Shown piece by piece: positions 11,731 through 25,850 of a stretch of 64,000 nt of DNA. The stretch spans positions 34,433,216-34,497,215 of the forward strand of contig NC_086385.1 in the NCBI RefSeq assembly GCF_036588685.1, given 5' to 3'. Under the pieces are notes generated by a model, which ran no database searches, was not told where the DNA came from, and was given only the letters and a program-made list of their open reading frames with translations. Position 1 is the stretch's first letter, and each line of letters opens with the position of its first letter. This stretch comes from Mytilus trossulus. Taxonomy: Eukaryota. The translations under genes and the position numbers were made by a program.

Positions 11731-14700
11731 CTGATTATTAAATAGATTGACGAAAAAGCACATGTTGGTGTGCGGTCTGTATTTCATAGAAAATTGGTAT
11801 AGTAAAAGTTATGTGTGCAAAGTTTAAAGTTTTAGTCTGATAAGGTTTTTTTTATTTAAAACAGCATGCATTTCTATTTACGTTTTTGAGAGTTGTTTTT
11901 TCTTCGAAAGTTTGTATAATAAATGTTATAATGTTCACAGAAATATCAATGATAAAAAATTGTAGTGTGTATGGTTTTCCAAAAAAAAAAATCAGTATTT
12001 ATTTCAATGTACACAGAAATTTGAACAAAATAAATCTCTCATTTATTTAATATAGAACAATAGAGATGAACGTTAGTCCCTATATATTAAGCAATAAGAA
12101 TTGCTTATTATTTCATGCTGACATTTTATCAATTAGAATTATTAATAAGCCAAACACTAACTCTTTTCCTTGCAGTTTTTATGACGTAATGCATGTTTAC
12201 ATAATAACTAAATTGTCATGTTTGCTGTAAGGTGATTTAGATCCTAACGAAGGTAGTTAAAAAAAGTTAGTATATGAAGATATTATGATAAGATTTTAAA
12301 TTTACATCATAATTAACAATGTAAAATTCAGTAAAAGGTTATAATAAAGTTTATAAAAAAGGGAAGAAAGATACCAGAGGGACAGTAAAAATCATAGATT
12401 GAAACTAAACTGACAACGCGATGGCTAAAAATAAAAAAGACAAAGAGACAAATAATAATACAGAAGACACAACATAAAAAACTAAAGACTAAGCAACACG
12501 AACCCCACCAAGAACGTGGGATGATCTGCTCCACATGTGTAAATTTTCCAAACCTTCCGACTACTTTTTCTTGTAACTTTTGTATTTAATACAGCATTGT
12601 ACACGTTCAAATAACATTTAAGTATGTAATTTTATGACCATTTAATTTCCTATAAGTGATAAGTACATGAGGATATCGTAGTTATGTTCATAATTCTATT
12701 TTAATTTCAATAAGACATATAAATGGATTACGACAGGGTTGTTGTATCTTGCACCAGTTATATCTTGCAATAACCTTTTTTATGTAAAACTTGAAACTAA
12801 ACATTACTAATAACGTACATTTAACGATCAACGTTCAGATGATAATGAGAGGTTGTTTGATCTTTGTAAATGTACTCATTAATGTTTTAACAGTGAGAAA
12901 AAATCCACGCTATGAATCATAAACACGTACTGAATATTTCTTGCGATTTATTCAAGTAATTTGAGTCTGAAAAGATTCAATGTGTTACTTACTGTTAAAT
13001 CTGTATTTCAATGAATAAACAAACATAATGTCTAATTCTAGCAGAACACGTTAAATATGGATAAATTTCTTCTTTTATGTTCATGTATTCCCATTTTTAC
13101 CAAAGATGGATACAACACGTGATAATACCTTCATCAGGAACGATCACACTTATTATTTGGAAGCAAAGGAAGTTAAAGGACCGAAAAAGTTGAAGACCTA
13201 TTTACCAAAGAGGACCATAACAAAAAAGCCAAATCCATATAAAGTAGGTACTATCGTTAATATAAATATACATGGTTGATTTCTATTAATTGAATTCTTG
13301 CAACGCTTTTTTTAATAAACTAAAAGGTTTCTGTCTTTCTTTGATAAGTTTTGACGAGTTTCGGTAGCCAATTTGGTTTAATGCTTTTAAAGTTTTTAGC
13401 GTACATAATGGTGTAAGTGTTTAACGACTTGACTGGCGATACAACCCTCGCACGGTCGGTTAGCATACAAGTTCGTCTTCCTAAATCTTTGATTTTCGGT
13501 TGAATAACAGTTAACAATCGGTCTAAAGCTTTAATGGAATGTGCAAAATATTAAAATAAAAAACTTTGCAATTTATGCGTCAGACTTTTTATTTCAAAAT
13601 AGAAAATTATGTGCTCTACTAGTATTATATTTACGGATGCTCTTTTATTACAACAAAAAACAAAATACTTTTGTTTGATTTATTTTTACCTAACTTTGTG
13701 AATAAGGGGAGATAATTCAGATATTAGTGGAGGAAACTCAGATAAAATAACTTTTATAATATAATTTGCAGTGAATTTACCTAATTATTACATGTGTTAT
13801 GTAGCAAGAAAACGAGTCCGGTGACCCCTTTTTCTTTTTTCTTATCGGAAAGCAATTTATAAGTCAGAACTATCTTCTAATAGATTCAATCCTGGTATCT
13901 ATGATGAGTTTATTTATCTTAAATTCTATAGTGTGTTTCTTTTTATAACAATTAATTGGGTTTTTCATGCTATACACAATATGACAATATCGCAATGCCT
14001 GTAACATTAAAAAAAAGTGTATTTGAGATTTCGAATGCCACTCTGAAATAAGATATATATCTATAACAGTGGAACATAATAAAGCCATAAACAATATACA
14101 GCTTCCAGTGATATACATTGGCATTAATCACAGCTCGGGCGATATGTTCCTTCATAAAAGAGGGGCATAAGAAACCAGAGGCTCATAGATCGAAAATTAC
14201 CTGACAACGCCATGGCTTAAAAGAAAGAGACAAACATACAAATAATAGTATACAAGACACACCATAAAATACTTAAGACTAAGGAACAAGAAACCCATCA
14301 AAAACTGGAAGCGATCTCATGTGCAACGAAACTCAGAGGGTAAGCAGATTCTGCTCCACGTGTGGCACCCGTCGTGTTGCTAATTTTATTACAAATCCAG
14401 TAAATAGTCTAATTCGATAGGTAAGATAAGAAGAGTAACGGATTCACCCAAAGATTGCCGTCTGTCACTTTGGAATAATATATACAATCATGATACTGAT
14501 TGTTTCCAAACGGCAAATGAAGGTCTGGATTGTGTTCCTTCGTATCTGTATTTCCTACTTATACTTGTTTCCAATCATTCTCCATGTAGCACCTCCATTT
14601 CCTCCATTCTTTATTCATTTAGTCCATTTGTTCTCTTGTCAATTATTCTCTTTTCCGTATTAAAATTCCATCCTGCGTGGAGACGCTGAAAAAAATATGC

Positions 14701-15014
14701 TATTGCCTGCTTTTAAATGTAAATACAAAGGAGGCTGTATTAAAAGTATCTAGTACAAAGTCAGCGAAGGCTGTACAAATTTTAATTGGCAATTTAGTAT
14801 TGGCATTAAACGTCACTTTAGAGCGAACTTGGACTACTCCGTTGCGACCAGTTACAGTGGTGGATGAAATCGGGGTGTCGTTAGAAAACAACAAAACTTC
14901 GATTTGAAAGTTGTCTATCCAAGTCAATTAAGATTGGAGTGCAGCCGCACAAGCAGGATTCAAACTTCTAACCTTGGTGCTGACTGACTGTTGATTACAG
15001 AAATAAGTACTTAT

Positions 15015-15268
15015 TAGTGGTTGTCGTTTCTTTATGTGTTACATATTTGTTTTTTGTTCATTTTTTTACATAAATAAGGCCGTTAGTTTTCTCGTTTGAA
15101 TTGTATTACATTGTCTTATCGGGGCTTTTTATAGCTGACTATGCGGTATGGGCTTTGCTCATTGTTGAAGGCCGTACGGTGACCTATAGTTGTTAATGTT
15201 TGTGTCATTTTTGTCTTTTGTGGATGGTTGTCTCATTGGCAATAATACCACATCTTTTTGTTTTATAC
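15015..15268 (-). repeat. Copy of the most abundant interspersed repeat family in the window (AGATGTGGTATGATTGCCAATGAGACAAC...)
   Basis: Related copies at about 4700-4930, 19000-19180, 21385-21640, 22580-22890, 25450-25600, 26740-26850, 42140-42310, 44185-44280, 46935-47190, 56620-56920, 59265-59500 and 62925-62970. Confidence 0.8.
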
Positions 15269-18200
15269 TTAGACCACACAGTCATCGATGCCCCTTAAAC
15301 TGGTATATATATACACAGGCTAAGTTCTATTTCAATTAATTAGATGTCTTTAGTTTTGGCGAACAGAGAGAGCCATGCTGTTATGCTTCTATCCCCTGAT
15401 TTTACAAATTTATTTTACAAATAGCATGTAATAACGCGGTCAAAAAATTTAAGCTTACTCACTTGTCCGCTATCTTCTTATTCTATATAGTTTTCTTGCT
15501 TGCCGGTAACTTCAATAAAATATCATGAAACATGTGTAATAAATGATGAGATGGCATAAATTATTGTTATCAGCATCACACTCACTACTTTCCTTTTTAA
15601 CATTTTAACTCGTGTGCTTTAAACAAGCGTATGCTTTTGAAAAGCTTTACAGACGTAACATTCGATTGAGCCATTGTGATGTTGCTCTTTTACACGTCTT
15701 TGAACATCTTTTTAAATAAAATGGTTTGTTACATATATATTTAGTACATAAAAGTCATGTATTTCGAGCAATTTACCATTTGTTCCACTATTTAGGGCAC
15801 TTTTACCACGACCTTCGAGTAACCTTTATTTCCGGCGATGTTGAAATTTAAAGAAAGGTTGCATCAGAATTTTCTGACGATGCTGTAGTTTTACAAAATA
15901 TTGCATCAGAAATAAATGGCATGCGGGAATTGCGTGACTTTTCGTCTGTAATTCGCGATCGGTAATGATGTTGTTTCTTCCATGCTTTCCTAAATTTTGT
16001 CTGTCCTTTGGATCCGAAAAGTGTATACATTTAGTACGATTTTGAATGCAAAATGAATATATACAAGCGGATTGCTTTTTGATAAAACATGTAAACCATA
16101 CGAACTATGAAAAACTATGAAAAACTATGTACAATCCCCCCCCCCTTTCTGTCTTTTGTTTTTTGTTTTTTTTTTATTCGCGATCGCTTAGCAGATGATG
16201 AAAATAGCACTGTATAAATTGAGTGCGATCGAAAGCAATATTTTCGATTTGCTTTCATCAGAAACGAACAAATCTTTAAACATAGTAACTTCAGGGATCA
16301 AAAGGGACTTATAAACAAGAACAGACAAATTCGTTCCCGGCAAATTTGCATAATATAGTAAATTGGAGTCTTAATTTATCAATGGGAAATTTTACAAAAT
16401 ATGTTTAATGTCGTGCAAGTACCAAGGAACATACTATTATGCTGGTGGTAACGATCACGACTTTAAGTCCCCTAGCTGAGGTACCGACCAAGTGCTTGTA
16501 AATAAAAATAACACTTTATAAATTTGGTGCATCTGAATCTCAGTGTTTTGCTAATATTTTTTATCAGTTTTAATCTTATTTGGTTTTAGATTTATTTTTT
16601 TTAAACAATTTTACTACAATTAATGTCTCTATCGGTTGACTTGCACAAAATTTAGGAGTGCAGATTTGGTTATGTGTGTGGTATGTGAATACACAGAAAT
16701 TCTAGTCAGATTAGAGACGTTGAGCATGGGTACTATAACACGCATTCTGCAGGTTAACAACAAACCTAGGGATTATCTGCAGGGCCTTCTGACCCTGATG
16801 CTGACCCATTGTGACATAGATATCGTAGTATCCCAGTTGCAGTCCAAATGTCTCGTTCTCTATCCAAAATTTGGAGCTTAATAAAAAAAAATATAGCTCA
16901 CTACAAATATTGTCAGTAACCGCTGTGGATAGTAAACTTCGAATTGTGAGCAAATACATGTAGAAAAGGATAAAACTAAGCATGGAAATGGAGAATGAGT
17001 CAAAAATACAACCCGACCAAAAAACAAAAAAAGCAGAAGGCCACCAATGGGTCTTCAACACAGCGAGAAAAATCTGCACCCGGAGGTGAGTAGTAAAGAC
17101 ATGTTATTTCCGGTATAGTGGTGCTTCTAGTAATATATTACCAAGAGAAAAAAACACAACAAAAATGAAATTGTGAGAAAAAAAATACGGATATTTTAAA
17201 AAGGGTTAGGGCAAAAACTAATATTGTCATGTCACCAAACAATGATTTTAGCATCGTCATTCTTTTGGAAACTATTCATGTTCCTTTTCTAACATGTTTC
17301 CCTCAAGAGCATATAAAATGTGAAAAGATGTTACCACTATCAATTAGCTTCATGATCAGCTATTCCACGAAAAGTTCACAATAGTAATTACGATGTCGAT
17401 TGCGTCTATTGCATTACACTTGATACTATGGATACCACAGGCACACATGGTGTTCTTTCTTTGAAATGTGACTAGCTTTAAGAAGTTGACATTAAGGACT
17501 GCACAGCTGAGCATTAACTTGAGACGAAAAAGATAGCTTTATCCTTTCATACTTATGTTACAGCATTCGACATCAACTGTATATGGAGTATGTATAATGT
17601 TATAAACTGACAGCTAGGGGCAAGTTTTCGATTATTATGTATTTTCTATGGACGTTGAATATATAAAAAAAAAAAGAAGATATAATGGTTTGATTGCCAA
17701 TGAGACAACTCTCCCGGATAGTCTTTTATAAACACTTGTGTCCTATTTCATGATGCAATTTAAATCACTTGTATGGCATAATGCATTGCATAGTTGTATG
17801 GTGTTTTTTTCTCAAACTGGTTATTGTTTTAACATATCTTTTACAGATGACCAGGAATATGGCCGTAGAGACAATTGCAGGAACCATCCTCCTCGATTGC
17901 CTCGTTTGAGAAATCATCGCAAGCTAATTATTTCTGAATTTTTACATCAGGATCTATATGGGGTATACATGATATAGAAATTAATAAGCAAATAATACAA
18001 AATAAACGACAATAAAAAGGGGGAGAAAAAGTTGGTCAAAAATAAGGAATTGGGAATGAGGAAATACTCAATAATAAAGAATAGAGAATAACTCAAAGGA
18101 TCAAAATAAAGAAATAGAAAACAAAAATGCTATAAAAAATCAAAGAATAAAGAAGTTAAGGGCTCTCATTCAGACCATCTTACAAATAAAAAGAGGAACA

Positions 18201-19246
18201 ACGAACATTATTATTTGAGAAAAAAAGAACTGCATGCTCTTCTTAGGCATAACTAAGAGTTCATTCGTGTTTTGGTATGATTCGTATTTGTTACAATAAA
18301 TTTGTGTGTTTTGTTATCGTTCACTATTGTGAAAGGTTTTTCCTTTGATACATGTAATGATGTCGGATTTCGATTTAAGCATGGTTTTAAATGCTTTATT
18401 ACATTTCCTTACCTTTACCACTGATAGTTACTCCTCGCGGTACGTTTAACAACTAATGAACCAAAAACTTTATAAAAAAAAAAAAAAAAAAATTAAACAT
18501 TTTTTTTTCTCCAGAAGTTTAATGAAATTGTATAACATGTTCTTAGATCTTACGTAAAAATCAAACATAAATGTCATGCATGCATGTTTTTCATGCTTTT
18601 CCTAATTCAAACGTGCTAGTTGCCATTCACCGAGGCTTTTCTTGATATTAAAAGCGTAGATACATAATGATTATGCATGTATACAAGTTCACTTTGACCC
18701 CAAAATGTAATGATATAATCATTTTCGTGTGACTTGATGCATACTCTTCAAAGGCCTTTTAAAAATTCTAGGTATATTGTAACCCAACTTGAAATCCAGC
18801 GATATACAATAGCATCATTTCTGTATAATTCGATATTTGCTAGGAATTACAAACGGGGTTTCTGTATGTGATACATTAGATTCAAGATCTGCTCCATGTG
18901 TGAATTTGTATAGTTACGATTTCAAACTGTTCAAACGGAAAGTCTTGTTGATTACTGGGATACTAGTATATAAAGATGAACAATTATAAAGAATATGATA
19001 CGATATTTCAATGAAACAACTCACTACCAGATACCATATTACATAGAACAACCGTATAAGTGACCGTACAGCCTTCAACAATGAGCAAACGGCCCCATAC
19101 CGCGTGGTAAACTTTAAAAGGCCAGAAATGACTCACGTAAAATAATTCAACGAAAAAACTCACGGCCTGATTTATATACAAAACTTTTTTCTTTGTTTTA
19201 TTTTCAACAGTAACAAAAACTAAATATAAATTGACAATTTCTTTTT

Positions 19247-22200
19247 TTACAGTTCTTGCTTTGGCTTGGTTCTTTTACCACCTAAATTATTTTGTAATTT
19301 TAGCATAGCCCTAAACTCGTCAGTGCTGATTCCTCCATCTTTGTTTTTGTCGGCGAATCGGAATAGTTCATTTAACATCCCTTCCATTATTGCTGGGTCG
19401 TCTGCCATTGGGAAATTACCATCCTTCATAGCAATGCTCATTACAGCTTCCAACTAAAATATACAATTTGAGAGCGAAAACTATAACTTTGTTCATGTCG
19501 TTTTATTATATATAATCATGTATAATTTATGTCGGTTAAAAGCTCATTAGAGCTTATGTTTGTCTATGTTTATATAACTTGCCGACTCTAAATAAAGCTT
19601 ATTTATTATTATTATTATTTCTATGTATAAAAATTGTTTAATGATTTCTTAACACATTTTTACTTAATTGTTGTATAGATTTATAACAATCTAATATACG
19701 CAAAAATAATAAAAGTTTAAGTCAGCACACATGCATGTAAAAGCTTTAAGACAGCTATTCATTGATAAAAACGTATGGAAGATCGAAGCACAATATTTTA
19801 AAAAGTACTTATAAATTTGCAAATTTAGTATACTCGTAGAGCAAGTTATAAGTTTTAAATCATCAAATGGTTGTGTTTAAGTTCATAAAGGATTTCAACA
19901 TCAAGCGCAAACGACTATTTTTTTGTAGAGCGATATTTTGATGTCGTCACCGCTTCGGCACATTTTAAATTTGCAGCGGAGTTCAAATGCATAAATATTC
20001 TGTATAGCCCCTCCTAAGACTAATATTGAATTGGGAACCCTTCTTTTAAAAATGGCTGGATCCGCCCTTTCACTGTGTTAAATATAACAGGCTGGTTGAC
20101 AGTTGTCTCATTGGTAATCATACCACATCTTCTTTTTGTATCGTTAGCATAAAATTGAGAATGGGAATGGGGAATGTGTCAAAGAGACAACAATCCGACC
20201 AGACAACAGACGAAGTCCACCACTGGGTCTTAATTCATATTGCATTTGACTTTCAATCACATTTTCTTATCTTTTTATTATGCCCCACCTACGATAGTAG
20301 AGAGCATTATGTTTTCTGGTCTGTGCAGCTGTCATAGTTTTATTTAATATGCAAAAACAGTTGTAATGGTTCCGCGGAACCGTTGAAGGTGTATCGCCTA
20401 CTTTTGCTGTTCATTGCAGGCTCCAAAAAAATGTGGAAAAAAATTAATAAAAATATTCTTCTCTATAATATCTTTTGATTATAAAAAGCTTTTGTCCAAA
20501 TTTGGTAAAAATCCAGGATAGTTTATGAATAGTTTATCCGTTCGTCCGTCCGTCCGTCTGTCCCGCTTCAGGTTAAAGTTTCGGGTCAAGGTAGTTTTTT
20601 ATGAAGTTGAAGTCCAATCGACTTCAAACGTAGTACGCATGTTTCCTATGATATAACCTTTCTATGACAATAAACTTAAAATTGTGGATACCACATGTAC
20701 ACATGGGTCACTTATTTATCATGTTCATAAATTGGCTTACTTTATTACCAAATTAGAGTTTTTACCCCAATTTCACGGTCAACAGAACATGTAAAATGAT
20801 AGTGCGAGTGGGGCATTCGTGTACTGAGGACACATTCTTGTTATTATTTAAATTTGTACTAATCAAAACAGAAAGAAATCCTACCTCTGTTACATCTAAC
20901 ACACCATCTTCATTGAGATCTGCACGTGTAAATCTCTGTAGAACTTCATCAGCTGGCTTGGCGTCAAGTAACTCTATTTCATATATCACAGTGGCACCAG
21001 GTGGGAAACGGTCTGAAATCAAAATAAATAAATTAATATAGTGCAGCTCTATCCAGTCGTGTTTTACTTGTGAATTTATAACAAAAAGTAAAAACGCAAA
21101 ATACTGAACTCCGAGGAAAATTCAAAAAGGAAAGTCCCAAATCACATGGCAAATTCAAAAGTTCAAACACATCAAACGAATGGATAACAACTGTCATATT
21201 CCTGACTTGGTACAGGCATTTTCTTATGTAGAAAATGGTGGATTGAATCTGGTTTTAAAGCTAGAAAAACAGACATGCAGACACAATAGGTAAAAATGTC
21301 AAAAATAGGGGATTATGCAGATTATCACAGGTTACAATTTCAGTACGAATGTTTAAAAAATAAGACAAAAATCTATATATTAAAAACAAGATGTGGTATG
21401 AATAACAATACAACAACTCTCCACAAGAGACCAAATGACATATAGGTCAAAGTACAGCCTTCAACAATGAGCAAAGCCCATACCGCATAGTCAGCTACAG
21501 AAGGCCTCAAAATGACAAATAAAAAATTATTCAAACAAGAAAAACAACGGCTTAATGTATGTATATATAATACAATTTACGAAAAACAAATATGCATGTA
21601 ACACAGAAACAAACGACAGCCACTAAATTACAGACTTCAATACTTACCATTTCCCTTAGAACCAAACGCCATATGTGGTGGAATGGTCAGTCTTCTAATT
21701 TCTCCCACACACATACCAGGGATACCTTTGACCAGCCCCTTCAAGGTCACTCCTTTAGTCAACATATGTACAACACCTTTATCTTGAGCATTGTTCCCAT
21801 CTTCGTACCTGTAAACATCAAAGATATTTAAATCACAGGTACAAGACAAGATTTAAAAAAAAACCATTTGAATATACTGTAAACCATGCAACTACAATGT
21901 ATATTACAGATTACAAATGTGTCGAAGTTTGTGATTGGAAACGCCTTCGGCTCAGGGGATATAAACTCTAACCCGGGAATGTCACAGTATATACCCTGTC
22001 TGAGACCTGAATAACATATAATATTTTGCTAGCGATTCATATTCGCGACTTTCGCGAGTAGTCAAATGACGCGAATATAAATAGTCCTGGATCTGTATTT
22101 ACTTTAATTGATCTATTCTTGTTGTACATCAGATAAATTTTTAAATCGCAAAATCGGTTAGAAAAGACAAATCGCGAAATCGGTTAGAAAAGACAAATCG

Positions 22201-24552
22201 CGAAATGAAGTATCCGCAAAAATATAAATAAGTATGTATACTAGTATACGGAATACATTTGATAGGTCTGCAACTTGTATCTTCAGAAAAATACCGGTGA
22301 TAGTACCGGGCTGAAGTACGTCCATTATTCATAGTTCATTATTCATTATTCAATAATGAATAATGAAATAGTTCATTATTCAATATTCAATATTGAAAAA
22401 TGAATAATGAATAATGAAATGGTTTATGTTTCATTATTTAAATTGAAGCGGTGAATAGTGAAAAAAATATAAAAAAAATTTAACCGTGACACTATAGCTA
22501 TATTTTGATTCGCAATGATCATAAGAGGATTTACGGACGACCTAAATGCCACAATAGGCATAAAAATGAGGAAATATAAAAAAGAAGATGTGGTATTATT
22601 GCCAATGAAACAAACATCCACAAAAGACCAAAATGACACAGACATCAACAACTATAGCTCACCGTACAGCCTACAACAATGAGCAAAGCCCATACCGCAT
22701 AGTAAGCTATACAAGGCCCCAATAAGACAATGTAAAACAATTTAAACAAGACAACTAACGTCCTTATTTATTTTTAAAAATGAACGAAAAAAAAATATGT
22801 AACACATAGACAAACGACAACAACTAAATAAAAGACTCCTGACTTGGGACAGACACATACATAAATAATGTGACGGGGTTAAACATGTTAGTCAATTTTG
22901 AATAATGAAATGGATATTTTGAATAATGGAATGGACTGCTGCGACCCTTTAGCCCCTAATTATAGACAAACTTTATACCTCATTCGAAAGCTTATAACGA
23001 GAGGAACAAAATGTCTATAGTCAACATGTTCCGCAACGCATAATATAGGACTTAAATGTCGAAATACGCGTGAAAATTAAGAAATACCCAATTTTGAATA
23101 ATGAAATGGATATTTTGAATATTGGAATGGACTGCTGAGACCCTTTAGCCCCTTCTTATAGATAATTTATATACATCATTCGAAAGCTTATAACGAGAGG
23201 AACAAAATGTCTATAGTCAACATGTTCCGCAACGCATATTAGAGGACTTAAATGTCGAAATACGCGTGAAAGTTAAGAAATAGCCAATTTTGAATAATGA
23301 AATGGATATTTTGAATAATGGAATGGACTGTTGCGACCCTTTAGCCCCTAATTATAGACAAACTTTAAACCTCATTCAAAAGCTTATAACGAGAGGAACA
23401 AAATGTATATAGTCAACATGTTCCGCAATGCATATTACAGGACTTAAATGTCGAAATACGCGTGAAAATTACGAAAAAGCCAATTTTGAATAATGAAATG
23501 GATATTTTGAATAATGGAATGGACTACTGCGACCCTTTAGCCCCTAATTTAAGATAATTTATTTACATCATTCGAAAGCTTATAACAAGAGGAACAAAAT
23601 GTCTATAGTCAACATGTTCCACAACTCATATGAGGGGATTAAAATGTCCAAATACGCGTGAAAGTTAAGAAATAGCCAATTTTGAATAATGAATAATGAA
23701 CTATGAATAATGGACGTACTTCAGCCCGGTGGTGATAGTTCCGGTAGAAATTTTCATCAACCGCTTTTGGTTGGACCTTCTCGTACTTCACATTTAAAAA
23801 AGATCGATTGCTTTTTCTCTTGAATAAACCAGAGAAAAACAACTAACTAGTTCTTTGATTTAACTTATTAGCATAATTTCAAACATGTAATATGCTGCTT
23901 TTTGTAATTTTCTATGTTTGTTAAACCATTGATCGTGTAATAAAGTTAGAAAAAAAAGCAACAAAAATTACCGCCACGATACAGTCAAAAGTGCTGAAAG
24001 TACTTGTAAATCACCAACAACACTCATGGTTGATTTACAAAAGAAAACATGCTATTTGCATGACTTCCAATCACTTTAAGGGTCTAGCTGAAGGTCTTTC
24101 ATTTCTTTATTTAAATATTTTAGACTGTTTTTTCTCTATCGCTTTTTTTCTTCTTTTCAATTCATCTCTATTCTTTATATTTCAACACAGCAATGTTCTG
24201 TAGTCTTTTAATTTTTCTATATAAGTTTAATATTTTTCGGCACTTTTTTCTTTCTATTATTCCCTTTTCTGTAAACCCCCATTGTAATATGCAAATGCTA
24301 TGAAATCAGCAATACTCACGTAGATTCTATTATTTCTGGGTGACCTTCAACTGACAATTTATAATGAAAATGTACGACACTTCCCAACTGTGCTGATTTG
24401 TCGTCTGCGCATTCAACCTTCTTCAAAGTTTCGATTTTCATTTCTTTACGCTTTGTTTTGTTCTTAGAGTTACCATTTGCTTTACTTGCAGCCGAACAAA
24501 CTACGAAACAGACGATGCAAATAAATACAAATTTACGAATTTGTTTGAACAT
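19247..24552 (-). CDS. ER-resident FKBP-type peptidyl-prolyl isomerase with two EF-hands (FKBP7/FKBP14-like), 242 aa
   Basis: Exons 24552-24320, 21808-21648, 21012-20885 and 19453-19247 (729 nt, GT-AG, phases consistent). Signal peptide, FKBP motif GMCVGEIRRLTIPPHMAFG, EF-hands DLNEDGVLDVTE and DKNKDGGISTDE, C-terminal KQEL ER-retrieval-like signal. Confidence 0.9.
20278..20842 (-). mobile_element. Short Helentron-associated (HINE/DINE-like) element, interrupted
   Basis: Reverse complement of the element at 50593-50876: same terminus, (GGAC) microsatellite and terminal hairpin. Confidence 0.65.
22305..23730. mobile_element. Mutator-like (MULE) non-autonomous element containing a 196 bp tandem array
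   Basis: About 49 bp TIRs (ACCGGGCTGAAGTACGTCCATTATTCATAGTTC...) and a perfect 9 bp TSD GGTGATAGT (22296-22304 and 23731-23739). Tandem units start at 22893, 23089, 23285 and 23481. Lies in FKBP intron 1. Confidence 0.9.
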
Positions 24553-25627
24553 TTCGTTACTGTATGAGGTCAAATATTAAAATGAGTGAAATATTGTGTC
24601 TATATATTGAATATCAATTCGAAATACATGACTTCCGTATACAGTCCGGCCAACGGTCATGTCAGGACAAATTTGTCCTCCAGCCAATAGATATCTTGTC
24701 TTAAATCGCATGTGGTTATTATACCTCATGTTATACATGCAATTCTTACAAGACGACATGTGTTTATCAAAGTTTAAGCGTTGTAATATCGTGAAATCAA
24801 TATAACATCGCGAAACGAAGGTTATGTAGTACTATGGTAGAATCAACGTTTGAATGGGGTCAAATCTATAGAAAATAGACCTAAGAAATAGAGAATAGAG
24901 GAATAAAGGGCAATGAAATAAAGATTAGAGAATAGCCGTGTGCTAAAATATGAATAAAGAATAATGAATAATGGGTAGAAAATATAAAAGAATATTGAAA
25001 CATCACCATAGTTTTTGCATAACATCAAACAGGGAACACATCGTAAATTTAGAGCAACTGCTCTTATTAGAACTTTGTCAACTGACGGTTTCTTCAAGTT
25101 GACCCATTTATAAGTCTCGTCTGGCCTATATACATCTTTAGACTTTCGTGATAAATAATAAGAAGTGGTATGATTGCCAATAACACAAAAAAACACAAAT
25201 TTCAAATGAAGTGGATATAGCTATAATTGTAGTTTTAAAATTGTAGTTGCAAAAATGAGAAAAATCCTCATCAAAGGACTTTATGAAGTCGTTTTTAGTT
25301 TCTGGACATGCATGCTGGAACTTTTGCAGATCGTGTTCATCTGGTTATATTGACTGTTTAAAATTACCTTTCTTGACAATATTTTTGGACAAAAATTCAA
25401 AACTTGGCAAGTTCATTTAAAATAAATACCCCTATATGGAGTTGAAATAACATTTTTGGGGTCCTTTTGATATAGCATGTTGTTGTGCGTGAGCCTAAAA
25501 TCTGTGTTGAAGGCCATATTTTGACCTATAATAGTTTACTTTTACAAATTGTGACTTGGACGGAGAGTTGTCTTATTGGCACTCATACCACATCGATCTT
25601 CTTATGTCTATCTATGAAATAGTTGAA

Positions 25628-25850
25628 TCGGTGGCCAAGTGGTCTATGTAGTTCTATATCTGTATTCACTAGCCAGTCAGCATTGAGGTTGGGAGTTCGT
25701 GCACCGACTCAAATCTTAATTGACTAGGATTGTAAGTTTTCCAAGCGAAGATCGGTTATCTCCAGGCACTTCAGCCTCCTCCACCCACGAAACGGTCCAA
25801 CAGTGACACGTTAAAGTGGTGTTAAAACAACAACAATTAATTAATCTATC
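25628..25850 (+). mobile_element. tRNA-derived SINE, degenerate
   Basis: A-box-like GGTGGCCAAGTGGT, B-box-like GGGAGTTCG, central TCTCCAGGCACTTCAGCCTCCTCCACC core and an AAC/AATC-type tail. Confidence 0.6.

Noticed and set aside
22893-23690. CRISPR-like regular repeats
   Set aside because: Eukaryotic tandem monomers with no unique spacers, inside a TIR element.
24553-24573. ORF-track start of FKBP exon 1 (MTSYSNE)
   Set aside because: It begins at TTG; the first ATG (24552) directly starts the signal peptide.
25628-25720. tRNA gene
   Set aside because: A/B-box-like motifs are present but there is no cloverleaf, and it continues into a SINE core and tail.
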